Shown: positions 37,009-50,583, counted from the whole stretch's first letter. The stretch is DNA of 53,508 nt, filler included, from Sphacelaria rigidula (GCA_964200075.2; 4 parts of 4 records of this genome joined end to end with filler, not necessarily neighbours in it), one strand, 5' to 3'. Notes: generated by a model from the letters alone, not told the origin. A program made the numbers and translations.

Positions 37009-37083
37009 CTGGAAGAGGAACTGTCAACGATGATGGTGGAGGCCGCCGAAAACGACGGTGCGGACGTGCAACTCGCCAACGAG
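37009..37083 (+). CDS. Exon B of the same gene
   Basis: CCATAG|CTGGAA...AACGAG|GTGAGT spans 75 nt, phase 0-0 (LEEELSTMMVEAAENDGADVQLANE). Confidence 0.75.
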
Positions 37084-37697
37084 GTGAGTCTAAAAACATA
37101 CTGTGTAAAGAGGCATGCCACGGCCAGGGGGGGTACGCCCTTACGGCCGTTGCCCAAAACCTCGGGCCTCATGGATATGACGTACGGCACTCTTGTGTAT
37201 GTACATTTTTGTAGGGTAGAATGTCGTCAACATTCTGACATTGTCCTAATATCTCCACCAAAACGATCTCAAGTACTCTTTGCCGGGATTAAAGCGGTTA
37301 TTTCGGGTGAATCAGTTGACGAAACTTCCACCCTCCCGCCGTGAGATGGCTCCGGACTCGTCGTAAGTTTACTACTCGACGATTATGTGCAGTTCATCAA
37401 CGCGGTCTTTGTTGTGGACGTATATCGCCAGAACACGTTGTGACAGCTGGTGAGCTGCCGACGCCCTACAATCCCTAATTATACGTGTACAACATCAACG
37501 AGAACACCGCATTATCGCGGCAGACACCACAGTATAGACGGTCAACACAGGGAAAACAGCTGCTTCATCGCACCTTGTTGTCTTTCTCAATCTTGTCTCG
37601 GTAGTGCGATAAGTGCACGATCGTCCCCTTCCCTCTTTACATATGTTGCGCATTTTCCCAAAACCTATAACTTCAGTACTCCCGACTCTCTCCGTAG

Positions 37698-39922
37698 GGT
37701 GACAAGGCTACGACCTGCAACGTAACATCGGACCCGAACCTCGAGAACGCTGAAATATTTGCATGCGGCAGTAATGGGCAACAGTTGCCCACCACTGCTG
37801 CTGGGGAGGCTGAGCGTAAAGCCGTGGAAGGTCAGCGACGGCGCTTCGACGCTAACCTTCATTACACATACCCGGACAACGACTGCAAAAGGTCAGGTTC
37901 ATTCGTGAAGAAAGAGCAAAACTATGCTGCTACCACCGACCTCTTCAGTGCTTCGCACTTGAAATCAAAAGCAAGGGTCCCTAACGCCACTGCAGCTGCA
38001 GCAGCTGCAGCTGCAGCTGCTGCTGCTGCTTCCGGGTGCAGAATTCGATTCAACGGCAAGCCTGCCGGACCGAAGTCCCGATTGATACCGTCCAAGCGTA
38101 ATGCGAAAAATAGTTCGGGCTTCCAATTATCCTCATCGAAGTTTCACCAGTCGACGACTGACTCTAGCGATGTGAATGGAATATCAGACTGCGCGGCAGC
38201 ATTGAGGGCTAGCTCAAAACATTCACAGCCCAGTCACTTGACCGCAGCTTCTGTTACGGGCAGTGCAAAAGTCCGGAAATCATCGTCAGCGATACCTACA
38301 GCTGGAGAAAGCGACACCCGCAGGGATGCAGTGGAGGATTTAGCTGTTGAGAGGGCGGAACGCGACCGGCAGATCGTGTTAGCGGTGGCTAAAGCAGACT
38401 TGGAGTGCGTAGATAAGGACCAAAATATGCAGAGGCAAGATCTCCATTTCCTGGGGGTGGCAAACGCTTTCGATGCAGTCAAAAGGGTTCACCGCGAAGC
38501 ACTCGACGCTTACAAGACGGTTCATGAAGCGATCGCGAGAGTTCGACAGGAGGAGAGGGACGCCGAAATCCTCTGCACCTCTGCACAAGCTATGTGGGAA
38601 ACGTGCAAGGCGGCTGTTGCCAACACGGCAGGGCGGGAAGCGTTAGAAAGTGATCTGCATCAAGCGAACGAGCGGCTGATTGACACCGAGAAACTGTTGG
38701 CAGACGCTGAGGCACAGCTGAACGAGTTTACCCAGACATACGAGAGCTACCTCCCCGTAGAAGATCAGGGTAGCGATGTCGGTGGCCTTTTTAGGGTGGC
38801 GACGGTCGGCGAGGAACGTGGCGACTCGTCGACGAGGGCAGGACTAGACGCTGGAGCTGTGTCCCAGGATAGCGGGAACAATGACAGCCTTGATATGGAT
38901 TCTCATAATATTAATGGATGTCTCGCCAACACTACCGGTATCGATGCCGCCGCATCGACGGTGAGTCAAAACGGAACCGTTCTTGATACTGCAGCAGGAA
39001 TACAACCCGGTGGCTCGGCGGAGATAGGATCAAGAAGCAGTTATGATTATGTATTTTTCGGTTTCACCACCCCTGACGCTGCCAGTGAAACTGGGGTGGA
39101 GGACGACAACACGGCTGCTTTTGCTACAAGCGGTGTCATTGATGAAAGCTCGAGGGTGACAACACCGCCGAAGGAAGATTGCGACAAGGTAAGGGGGGTG
39201 CACGATAGCCTCCGCGTTGCTCGTGACAAAGCGCTAAAAAGCGTAAACTTGGCGCTCGAGGAGCGAGAAACGGCTCGAAAGGCGGTTGTCGACTGTTCTC
39301 GCCAACCCGGAGAGGATAACGGTTACGCGGAAAGGTCTTCTACCTCCGTTGCTGACGCGGAGGAAAGTTTGGCGAAGGCTACCGCGCACCGCCAGCGCTG
39401 CTACGACCAGGTCAAGGTCGCGGCCGAAGCGGCCGCCCCCGCGCACGCACAATTTCTGCGGGCCGAAATGCACGTAAAGCAAAGCGCGCGCATCCAAAGT
39501 AATATGCTTTGGAGTGTCAAGCGGGAATGGCACAAGCGGCAGACGGCGATAGCCGTCGCAAATCTCGCACACTGTAACCTCTACGTCGCCAAGCGGGCCC
39601 TGGAGACAAACCACTCTGACCCCGATTCCGTCCGTTTCACGAAGCACGCGCTTTTCAAGGCTTTGGCAGAGGATAACTACTTAAGAGCGATCGAGCATAC
39701 CAATGGTAATGAAAGTATCAAAAGGGAGAACAACACGGTGAGGACCCGAGTGAAGGCCTGTGCGGGGGATGGCAGCGGGGCTCGTGGGGCGTCTGGTTCT
39801 CGGGTCAAGGAGCGGAAGGCGGTCCGGCGTTTGGGCTCGCCATGTTCCGGTGCCGATGGTGTTAGTGCTGCTGTATCTGCAACGCTGCAGGGAAAGACAG
39901 AAAATTTGACCAAGAAGCAGAA
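37698..39922 (+). CDS. Exon C of the same gene (poly-Ala, two coiled-coil-like regions)
   Basis: Acceptor CTCTCCGTAG| is in frame with the 713-aa ORF, which has A/E/R/K-rich helical segments. It ends at donor AA|GTAAGC (phase 2), or alternatively at TAA 39926. Confidence 0.85.
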
Positions 39923-40112
39923 GTAAGCAAGCCCTTGTGCAAGTATATTGTGCCTACGCGTAACAATCGGGGCCATCGATGAGTAATCCTAAGATGTGTG
40001 CGTGGGGGGGGGGGGGTTGACTGCACGAAATGATTCGCTTCATGGAAGGTGTTGCAGAACCTCGCACATTCGTTGTGGGTCTGCATGTGGCTGAAAGCGT
40101 TGTTTGGGGGGG

Positions 40113-40212
40113 NNNNNNNNNNNNNNNNNNNNNNNNNNNNNNNNNNNNNNNNNNNNTTAATTAATTAANNNNNNNNNNNNNNNNNNNNNNNNNNNNNNNN
40201 NNNNNNNNNNNN
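40113..40212. other. Artificial assembly linker/gap
   Basis: 44N-TTAATTAATTAA-44N. Confidence 0.97.
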
Positions 40213-41157
40213 CCTACTGATTATCTTGCATTTGGATGACAGTCAACAATGAGTTGCTTTATTATCTGGTGATGGGGGGGAAGTGGTGTCGCAACAACCA
40301 ACCATCGGCGTTTTTCACAAACGTGATTTCTTGAAAAGAGATATTCACTTCTGATAAGACCCCGCCTTAGGGCCTGTCTTGTAGGTCGAAAAAATGGAGC
40401 GGTGAAATCGATCTGAGCGAAAATGTCTCGTTTTGATGCAGTTGGGTCCAGATGGATGTTCAAGCTTTCGATCCAAAAAATTCGGGGAAATTCGTGACAC
40501 GGCACATAGTCATTCGTGTACAATACACACAGTCCGTACTGTTTGCACCGCTTGCAAGCAGGGTGTCTTGAGTGCGTGTGTGCGTGTTTCGTTCAGGAGG
40601 ATATGAAGGAGAAGCGGGCAACATGCAGTGCAGACAGCCCAGGACTATCAGTCCTCCCGGCGCACAATACGGCGTGAAGAGGACTTCAGCAACGTGCCGC
40701 TTTGTACAGACTGCACTGTCCATGAGCGTACACGCAACTCGGTTGCCCACCGTACCACGCAGTTCTGTCGCTGATGCTCACCATGAGAGTAGATGTGCAA
40801 GTTTTCGCCAACAAAAAAAACAAAGCATACCCATCTACTGCAGTGTATTTATCCACAAGTGATAACGTGCTGTTCACCTTCCCTGTCTGAGTACAGACTG
40901 TACTCTGCAAGCACAGAGAGTACAGTAGTGACGGTGTTTGCGAAGACCAAACCCGGGTCAGGAGTTGGACTTGTAAGTCCCCCGAGACAGACAGCTGCAC
41001 AGTCGTCACGTGATCGTTTCATCGTTTTTACGTTTGTCCTTTGATATCACCCCGCTTCTGTGCTTACCGGAACACCGCATGCAGCACTACAACTGTTATA
41101 TATTCTGAAACAAATATTGCTGTGTTGTCGTAGTAGTATAGCTGCAGCTGGACACTA

Positions 41158-41325
41158 TTGATTTTGCAAAAAGAGAAGCTGATGCATACTTTATACAGTC
41201 CGTCTTCAGGTTCTAAAACTAAAAAGCACTGCAGAACTGCTGTGTTGTCTTGTGTTCACTGTAGTACCCTGTACTCCAGATAATGGGGTCATGTTTCGAG
41301 CAGTTCTTGAAAAGTTCTGCTTGTT
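41158..41325 (-). repeat. Dispersed repeat, homolog of 10715-10930
   Basis: Reverse-complement alignment to 10715-10930. Confidence 0.8.
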
Positions 41326-41884
41326 CTTCTGTCACAGAAATCTAATGCCGAATCTGGAATAGCCTGAGACAACAACCAATTTGGAAATTGGAATTACCGA
41401 CCCATCCTCAGAAACTACCACAAGTGTCATCGCAGGACGCTGGAGGAGCCCTGACACTTGTCAAGAGGTGCTGCTGACACCCCTTGTTGGCTCGTCGATT
41501 ACAAAATTGTACCTCTCAATGACGCTGCAAAGATGTTGATTCGAATCAAAACGAAAATAAATGATCAACATTAAACGGCATACGTCTACACTTATGTACC
41601 AATCACCCGACATGACACACACACGGGAAGCACATAGACACCTCATTTCTACAGGTCGATATTCGCTTCCCCCCCAAATGCTCAATACTACCGGGCAGGC
41701 GCATGTACACGTGAATGCCTTCCCTTCCTGTAATGAATGCGTTGCATTGACGGCTGCTGTGAGTTCCACAACTGTCCCTCAACGTCAATTCGACTTCGGT
41801 TAGGTCTGGGCTGGGAATTGCTGTCGAAACGTAGGGATTGACGGATAAGATATAGAACTGCACACTTCTGTACGTGCACCTCAG

Positions 41885-41998
41885 AGGGGCGAAACGTCAA
41901 GCACACGACACTCCACTGAATATGGACATCAAGAGCATTCGAAATATTCTTTACTGCTTGAAGAGATTCAAGCGACGTGTCGAAGTTGCTACCATCAG
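41885..41998 (+). CDS. Exon D of the large + strand gene (putative)
   Basis: CACCTCAG|...ATCAG|GTAAGA spans 114 nt, phase 2-2, compatible with the exon C donor (GAKRQAHDTPLNMDIKSIRNILYCLKRFKRRVEVATI). Confidence 0.6.
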
Positions 41999-42077
41999 GT
42001 AAGATTTGGTCGAAACCCGGGCTCCTACCGTGAAGCGGCTGGTTGAAGCCTTCGCCGCTTAGCCTCCTGCCGTACAG

Positions 42078-42165
42078 CTGCATGTACTCGGTACCAAAAG
42101 CACATGTCGCAACCGCGGAGGACTCTGCGGTGACAGCCTCGTTGTCAAAAATACGCGTGCAATAA
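42078..42165 (+). CDS. Putative terminal exon of the large + strand gene
   Basis: CCGTACAG| enters in phase 2 and reads CMYSVPKAHVATAEDSAVTASLSKIRVQ*. Confidence 0.5.
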
Positions 42166-43432
42166 ACTAATAGGGATATACAAAGCACGGTTCATGTTTT
42201 GTCCCGGGCCTCGTGACTTACTGGTAGCCCCAGTATAGAGGCGGAAGCGGGGTTCATTCTAATGAAACGCGCTCCCGCGGGACCATGGCAGAGTTGCAGA
42301 CGTTAACCGCGTATGAACGCACGGGTTACGGGCAGCTTTCAAACACGGATATGCTGTACAAGTATAAATCTACTCAAGAAAGGTGCGCCAAACAATATGT
42401 CTGCAAGGATAGTCCAATATGCACTCTTCATCCTGGCACCGTGAACGCCGTCGCAAACACGTTTACGTCGGCACCCCGATGCCTAAAAGGATCAATAACT
42501 TGGCAGTTGCCGGGACACGACTAGCGGAAAAGGGGTCTAGGTTTCACCAACTACACATCATACATAAAACTCGCTAAAGACACAAAAAGGACCTCGGTGA
42601 AGTAGGGGACATCTCGATGCGCAATTCGTCGACGGGTAGTCTACCCGAAAAAGACATGGTGAATTTCCTGACTGAGCTATAATAGTGCAACGTAGCCGAA
42701 GGAAGAGTCAGTTAATTCGAAATGTCCCCAACATCAGCACCAACAGCTAACCACAGCATCCCTAATTCTCTAGCTATCAAAATACCCAATAAATCATTAC
42801 AAACGGTGGGGCGATGACCATAGTCAAGTACAACAGTTAACCAATGGCACGGGCATGTATCTGTGAGAATCCACGCGCATCAGCACCGCACAGTAAACGG
42901 GCGGCGTTTTCTGTGGCACCCGCCTTTTACTAGCTGCGACATGAGGTCCAACTCGTACTAGATTCCACCCGTCAAGAGCGTCGGGCCGAAGTCGCACTCT
43001 CTGAGGGGGCTAAAATGCCGACACACGAACATTCAGACAGTCTTCGAAGGTCCCACAAGCACGGAATACCCACCCCGTACCATGTTACAATATCCCAAGA
43101 CCAAGTTACTGCACAGTTGAGTGTTGAGTATTGAGCGCATGCCTATATTTGCAGGTACTACACAGTCGAGTGTTGAGTATTGAGTGCATGCCTATATATG
43201 CAGTTTGGGTCGTCTTACTATCAACAGCCAACAACCCTCACTGCCACTTTTCGAGGCGCGCATGGGCGTCGGCGTCCGTATTCCATAGAACTCCGCACAC
43301 CGTAGGTGGCGTTCACGCTTGGTATACCTCCGCCCATGATTCAACTGCGGCAACGCCTCTATGAATATCAGCACTTCTATTGATCCGTGCACCGATACCG
43401 CAGTTCCTTCGGGAACGTAAGCTCTGGGTACG

Positions 43433-43816
43433 TCAAGGCTCCTCTGAATCGAGCAAAAAACTGAACAGCTGAGAGTCCAACGCGTCCTCGTCCCAATTCC
43501 AATCCACCGCCAGCGAAGCCGGTGCATCCAATATGTCGGTCCCACCTACAGCCCCACCCGCGCCTCCACCACCAACAACATTGCTCCCGCTGGCACTGCC
43601 TGACGCAGACGCTTGCCCGTCGCCCGAAAATGGGGGTGGGCTCGTGGATGGCATGGGCAAGGGTCCTTCTCCGCCAGCACTAACCGACGACGATGACGAT
43701 GCGGCAGCGGCTGATGGCGATCCTGGTGAGGCCGGGGGTGCTGGCTGGGCGTTGAGAAGGGCGTTGGTGATGCTTGATGGTGTCGAGAGCACCCCCGCTG
43801 ATGCAGCTGCAGCTAG
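43433..43816 (-). CDS. Terminal exon of a Pro/Ser/Ala/Gly-rich protein with an acidic-hydrophobic C-terminus
   Basis: Acceptor AAACTACAG|CTAGCT is followed by GC-rich coding-like sequence ending ...VDWNWDEDALDSQLFSFLLDSEEP*. Confidence 0.75.
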   Translation of the reverse strand, partial: LAAAASAGVLSTPSSITNALLNAQPAPPASPGSPSAAAASSSSSVSAGGEGPLPMPSTSPPPFSGDGQASASGSASGSNVVGGGGAGGAVGGTDILDAPASLAVDWNWDEDALDSQLFSFLLDSEEP

Positions 43817-44049
43817 CTGTAGTTTTGCGCGGGAACGACCGATGTTACGATTGGTGGCGTGATGAAGCATCAAGTGTCGGCAGTGGCAGACAAGGATGGA
43901 GCTCGAGATAAGTGTAAGAACTTAATACGTAGGGTCGACCTAGTTCGCTGATTGGGAGGAGAGTGGGGGGGCGGGCGACTCGCTTCCTACTGGGTCAAAT
44001 CATGGAGATAAAATGCTTGTAGCCGAGAGGCGTGCTGTGGTATCGATTT

Positions 44050-46190
44050 GTCATGACAGTGCCCGAGGCCAACCGCACTCAAGCCCACAGGTACTTCCAG
44101 AGGACCGCATTCGGAGGCAGTATTTCCTTCCGAAAAAGAGTTAGGATAAGCTTCGGAAGACCATGATGAGGTCAACGGTCATCAGCGACGCTCGTCAGAA
44201 TAAGAGAGCCAATATCGTGGCTATTTTCACGAAGATAAGGATTACGTCAACACCGCTGTACTCAAGGAAAGAGTCATATTTCACTGTTGGGCTGTCGAAA
44301 TCGTCTCGGCCCCATTCGTCCCACTAGTCGATTGGTTTGTTTATTGCTTGTCACACGTCAACTGATCGGCCACGATAACGCGACAACTGCTGTACGGCGA
44401 AATCTCCATGTGGCGAACTCATGTACACGCTCAGGTCATTCCTTGTACGGCGAGTTTCCAATTCCTGGTGCATATTTTTACTGTTCAGCATAGGCGCTTC
44501 GAAGATACTTCACGTATGGACTGGACAAAGGGCTGAGGAGGAGATGGCATAAGGGGCGCAGGTGATTGCACCACCATCATGGATGGAGTCGTCCATGCTT
44601 CGGTGCGCCAGAACAAGTCACGACGCTATGAAGGGGAGAAACGCTCATGCGGCTTATTTTTGAACAGCATCCGGAGATCTGTCCTCGCAGACAAGCACAA
44701 CTCGAAACCCGCAGCCCATTCAGACTCCGGAGTATTCGTAAGGGAAAGCAAAATACCGTAACTAGCACGAGTTACGCCAATCCTTGCTTAATGGCGGTTT
44801 CCGATGAGAATGTAGCTATCCAGTGGTGCGTGCCTCGATGGGTGTGTAAACCTAGACATAACCATGGCCGTGGGTCGTGTATTTCGCAAGAAACAACGGG
44901 TTCCCCACGCACAATCTTGTACAATAATCCAACGGCCGAACAAATGATGGTTTGCCTAGAAATTGCTTGGTTCCAGGGTACGTGATTCGTTCCGTACGGA
45001 TCAGTCCTTGGGCTTTGTTTTCAGCGTTGCACCCAGACGAAGCGCACCGGGGGCACGCGGGATAGTGCAAAAAGTACCTACAGGTGTTCTTGTCTCGCGG
45101 TCAACTGTTCCTCTCTTTCGAGCTCTCAGGCCTCGGACTCATAAAACTGGTGATTCGAACCAGCGATGATTCGTCCGCTCCTCGCAACGTTCGATGTTAT
45201 TCGTACAGGTTTTCAACATGAAAACCAATATTTTTAGGCGGATATTGCAACGTGTAGATTGCGCGTGAGCCCACAGAGTTGGCTTCACACCAGCTTCGTT
45301 CGCTTTTTCTGTACCCCTCGTTGCGCATTTCCAGGGATGAAAAAACATGCCCAATGAAAGCACGAAGGGCAATTTCAGGCTACGGAGCGAACTCAGAGCT
45401 GCGCCGACAAACTCTTGAGCGCAGGCCGTAAACACAGAGGCAAACTGAGTGAAGCGGGCCGTAATTTCAACGAGCCTCAGGGACCCAAGTATGCAGTGAA
45501 TGCCGCACAACGTCCCCTTCATCCTCAATGACTGCCTATGGGTGCCAGTTATTTCGAGCGATATGAGTTTTACCACAGGGAGAATTGAAAAATCCTCAGT
45601 CCAGTAGTTCAGCATTTCTCCATGGAGCGGATTTTCCCACCTTGCTCTCCTGATGTATACCTGGTATACTTCTCCTGGGAGTATGATCGGCGATTGATGA
45701 TGGGCAAAACGACTCAACGCAGTTTGCTCCTTACGAGCAGGGGAACTATTTTCTGATACAGGAGGTGTACATTCATGACCAACACCTTGATTTGCACTAC
45801 TCTGACTACCGCAGCAAAGTGCTAGATTGTTTTGAATTACACACAGTAGTTGTCGCCTCCGAGATATCTACTGCAGTCGCGATGCTTCGGCAGACGCGAC
45901 ACCACGGCGTCCTTCTGTCCAGGCATTGCAACCGCAGGCTGTTTGGGTGCGAGGTGAAATCGGCATCTCGGCATCCCCACCCTGTACAACGCGCGGCCAC
46001 GAAGCAGCTGTCTGGTGGAGCGTTTGAAACGTTATTGCCGTTTACGGGCTTTTCCACTCGAAATCGGTGCAAATCCACATTACAGCAGAATCCCACTTCT
46101 TTCAAAGGGCAAAATTTGATTTGAATGTGATCTTCGTAGCAATCACACGCAAAAACCATATTCATGACTTTATGACCAGAAGAGTTCAAG
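44050..46190 (-). pseudogene. Decayed P-superfamily-like DDE transposase inside an intron
   Basis: In order on the - strand: a Cys-rich N-terminal part (CTGWGC...WCRVCRS), ANEAGVKPTLW (first D/E-like, ~45271-45303), GCGFRVVLVCED (second D-like, ~44682-44717), CPVH..KYLRSA (the C/DxxHxxKxxR(N) signature, ~44493-44527) and MTVDLIMVF (~44157-44183). There are many frameshifts and no TIRs were identified. Confidence 0.55.
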
Positions 46191-49100
46191 TTTAGTCATG
46201 TTTCAGTATTTCTTTTCAGCATGAAAACGACCTCAAAAAGCCTCAAAGGCCTGGACGAGGACAGAAATTAAACCCCTCATGCGTGTGCCACCACACGACA
46301 GGACAATCTCCTCCCTGCCGACCCACGGCGAGACGTCGACAATTTTGGACAAGTAATTTCTGTTCGACAGCTGCGTTGAACTTTCGGGGGCTAACGAAAC
46401 GCGGTATGTTTCTCGAAACATCACTTGTAAGGTGAAGTCCTATCCCACCTTGGTCATCAGCCGAACACAACGTACACCCTAGCTGCCGAGACGCCACAGT
46501 CTCCGTGGTTGCACGCGACAAGCGCTACAATACCTCAGTAGACTTCTGATTCGTGTACTTTCTCCTACTGGCGAGTATCCCAGCTTGTTCTGAAAGACGA
46601 CTGGGAAGGTTGGTAGCCACCTCTTGTCGATCGCACGAGCAGCTCAAGCGTGCTGTCTGTGATAAAGGGCCGTCAAGTCGATTCTTGCCACGGTCATGTA
46701 CATCAATCTGCGGTGATTTCCACTTTACGAGTGTACCGAGTACAGACTCTACAATCGGTCAAAAAGGCAGCAATTGTCTCCGACCCAGCAGCACACACAC
46801 ACTACTGCAGGTTCCGAAATATCCAACAGATTCCCGTCAAAGCAGGCGTGGTGCTGGCAGGTGGGCAAGGGAGAGCCTCAGGTCTTTTGCACGAGGACTG
46901 GGGGGTCCTGTGCATACCGCATGCTTCCCGGACACACCATGTTTGCCTCACGTGCGTACATGTTATGTATTTGGTTTTTCTCTGCACACGACAAACGGCT
47001 TCCGTTCCCCGAAGCAGCACAGCATGGATGGGCACACTTTTGGATGGTTCCAGAGCTCGTAACATCATGGTCACGAGGCATAGTTCGCAAGCATTGGCAG
47101 TTGCTAGTGAGATGAAATTATTCCGTGTTCTCCCATACCAAATTAAGGTCCAATCTACTAAGTTTTCTCCAAAAGACAGAAAATATGCAAAAACACCGGC
47201 AACCTCCATTTTGAGCGTAATGACGCTTATACAAATTCAAAGTGAGTAAGCCATATATTCAATATTCCCAGCTGTACAACGGAGTCATTGATTTGCACTA
47301 TTCAAGCACCTTTCCCCCCCCCCGGCGCATGGGCTGAACACTATCGGAAGCGCGTCCAATACTCAGTGAGCAAGAGTGATGTTATGGTGGGAGCGCACAA
47401 ATATCTTCTGAGATTGAAATTGTTAAGAGCCCTTCACCTCATCCAAAGCACGACTTATGATATTTGTGAGAGTACGCCCAGAATACCATTTTAACTTGCT
47501 AGGGATATCCCGAATGAATTTGCAAACGGAGATACCCTGACCCATGTTCTTGTGCATCTAGAATCGTTAGGAGCCCCTGAACCAGACACGATTTTGGGCA
47601 AAAAGTGCACCCCTACCGTGGCATTACTTTCACTTTGTTTTGGCGTACCATGACATTTGCCGACTCGTCGACTTCTCGTACCACGAAACTAGCCACCCGA
47701 TTTGGACGTTTTTCACGCGTTGTTTCATGTGAAGTGTAGCGAAGGCATTACGCTACTGTACATCCCGATCAAGCGGGACCCCGAGTGTACAGTACCACTG
47801 ACGACGCTCAAGGCGGCACCGTCGCGCATCTATCTTTTTCTAGCGAAGTGTCTAGTGATCGCCTTGTTGCAACGTATGTACTATTTAATACAGAATAGTA
47901 CGTGGCACTACTACAATGCCGGTGCGATGAGATACTCTGTTTTAATGCTATATTGTCGCATTTTTTCTCATGACCGCGCCAAGATTCAAAACCGCAGATG
48001 ACTCGTTTCGAGACAAGTCATGAGATGAGCACAGTGACGTTATAGGAACGGGTGAAATCGTTGGAAAGGAACTATAGCTACATCCCACGAGAACTGTACT
48101 GCGTGCCGCGCTTGAGGGCAATACCAAGCATCACCCCTAACTCAGAGTGTCTGAGTGTTGAAAACATCTATTTCAGACCCAGAGTATGGAACCAGTTCTC
48201 TCAGAGAGCCCCAAACAGGACGGTGAAAAACAAGATGAGTTCAGTTTTTCGCGTGTCCCAGCGGTTCATGACTTGTAGCTCTCGCCCTTTGAACCTTGTG
48301 AACATGCGAGCGCGGCTGCAGCACTGCATCTTGTCAAGACTTGCCAGAAACCCTCCACGTCTGCCGGGGCAGGGTGTAGAATTTTTTTTCTTCTTTCGAA
48401 ATGTACACTCGGTATGTGAGGGCGTCTTCGAATAAATTTGTACACGCCCTGGCTTGCGGCAAAAAAACAGTAACACGAAATATGACGCGGCACTTTTCTC
48501 AACAAGGTTTCTAGAAGCTGAAGTGATGCCAAAATGAATCAAAAGCTGCTTGAGATGTCCACTGGAGAATGGCGAGAACAGCGAACTGATCCGACCGGAC
48601 AACAGAGCTACATTGTTTACTGTACTGGTGTTTACTGGGGGATGGTTGACGCGCACCCCACCCACCCCTGTTGTAAATGCGCGCTCTGCGCGTTCACGAC
48701 TGGTGCTCCTGGGCGAGTATGAATCTCAGCACCATACTTCGAAAATTGCAAGAGAGAGGCACATGTAAACAAATCCTGTAGGGGGTTTCATTCAAAGCTG
48801 TACCTGAAAATATTCTCAAAGCGTTCAGGTAAAGCTGGACGGGAGCATGTCCCTCTTACCTATTATTGCGTGCGTACGTCTTCTACGCACCCGAGTTATC
48901 CTCATGCCCCTACCCTTTGCTTACGATGCAGGTTGTTTTAAGAAGTTCACGTTGAACGAGAAAACGGCGGAAACTGTCGGGAAAGCTGCGGCAACCCATA
49001 TCTTCGTTGAGCAACTCGAGCATCATGTTGTCCAATCACTAGTGAGTTCTCATCCAACTCTCCACACCCTATGGTATCCTCTCGTTCGGGTCTCGATGGT

Positions 49101-49339
49101 CAGGGGGTCAGGGGGCGCCGGGTGTGCAGAGGGGAGAAACGACATACTTTGTAGCCGCTACTCCTCGGAACACATCAGCTCTCAAATAAACAAACAACTC
49201 GATCATGCATTTTTTCACGGATATATTTCTTTTCCTAATCGATCCGATATTCAACTGTGGTTATGTCGCGCCCAACATCTGCTGAGTGTATCTCCAAAAA
49301 CAAACTGCAAGCACCCACAAGCCTCAAGTACCAACTCAC

Positions 49340-49519
49340 CGAGGATGGGTATAAGCTGCTACTGCTGGCCTTGCCCGAAGACCGCTTGGGGGGAGGTGGC
49401 GGCAGCAGAGAGGCAGATCCCATCGGCACTACCCCTGCATGCCTTGCCTCCTTCCTGGCACGGGGCTGCTGCTGCTGCTGCTTTTGCTGCTTTTCTGGCC
49501 GGTGCAATTGGAGTTGGTT
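49340..49519 (-). CDS. Internal exon (poly-Q, poly-P) of the - strand gene
   Basis: GTGCAG|AAC...TCG|GTGAGT spans 180 nt, phase 0-0, compatible with the terminal exon at 43816. Confidence 0.7.
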
Positions 49520-50419
49520 CTGCACACCACATTCCAACAAGGAGAAAATTCACGTGTGTTACACAACCACATCACACCATCACACCATCACACTACGCAA
49601 ACCTGGGGGAAAAAACGGGGGTGCGGAAATGGTTGGCGTTGTGGGTTACCACGGGTCGGTATTCGCGAATGCCAACCGTCGACGACTCATGGACAGCGCT
49701 CTGCCGTCAACTCGGGCGCACATTGCGTATGGCACGCTTGGAGTATCGCGGAAGGGAAGTAGGGTCGACGGAATGCCAGTTCAGTCCACATGGAGGATAG
49801 CACAATACGCGACAATCGCCAGAGAATACGATAGAAAACAGATTAAATCGGTCGCTGCAAAAAAAAACGGCCGTTTCTTGGAAGCGGTGTGGGCACATCT
49901 CTTACTGCTGTGCATCGACCGTATGCACCGTGCAACCAAACGTGTCGTACTGGACAATTTGCCTTCACAGTACGGCCCGCACAATACACACACGCCTACA
50001 CGGATGTCAATCGGCCGAGCTCCTGATACGCTGTCAGCTGTCAGCCATGGTGCAGGCGGCGACGATCCTGCGCTGGCCTGCAGCTCACCACCAGGTGCGA
50101 CAGCCCAACCACAGTGCCGTCAACGGCGCTTCACTTCTTGCCATCATTCAGAGTTTACGCTGGAAAAAAGGGCGTCCTTCATGATTGTATTATCATCCTG
50201 GCCATGAATAAAGAATGAACCAGCTATTTGTTTATACACCCCGTTGGTTGGATGTTACAACAAGCAGCGTTGGGTCGGAAAGGGGGTGTGAATTCGATAT
50301 CCGCCAGATGCGTGTATTATAGTCTCGAATTCTTGTGCGCAGGATCTGCTTTTGGTCGTTGAAGATGAAGATTCGACGATGAAGAGGTAGGGCGCAGATA
50401 GCAACATACTTCCTGTGCC

Positions 50420-50583
50420 TGAGATTGACGAGATTCATCGCGATGCGGGAATGTTCAAGTCATGATCCAATCCGCGACAATGTACCAAAATGCAAGGCGT
50501 GTAACGAGGAAGACATGGGTTGATCCCTTCAGACAGACAGACGACGGGATTATCCCGAGTGAGGGTAGGGGTTGAAACTGTGA
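50420..50583 (+). mobile_element. SINE family B, degenerate 3' fragment
   Basis: ACCAAAATGCAAGGCGTGTAACGAGGAAGACATGGGTTGATCCCTT...ATCCCGAGTGAGGGTAGGGGTTGAA aligns with 1630-1720 and with 9011-9110(-). Confidence 0.6.

Noticed and set aside
41688..42188. 166-aa minus-strand ORF with VATCAFG (helicase motif V-like)
   Set aside because: No other helicase motifs are nearby, and the + strand has two phase-compatible exons with strong splice sites.
48847..50207. Two ~317-aa plus-strand ORFs
   Set aside because: Their composition is unnatural (CCCCCF, AAAAAF). They are antisense to the poly-Q exon at 49340-49519.
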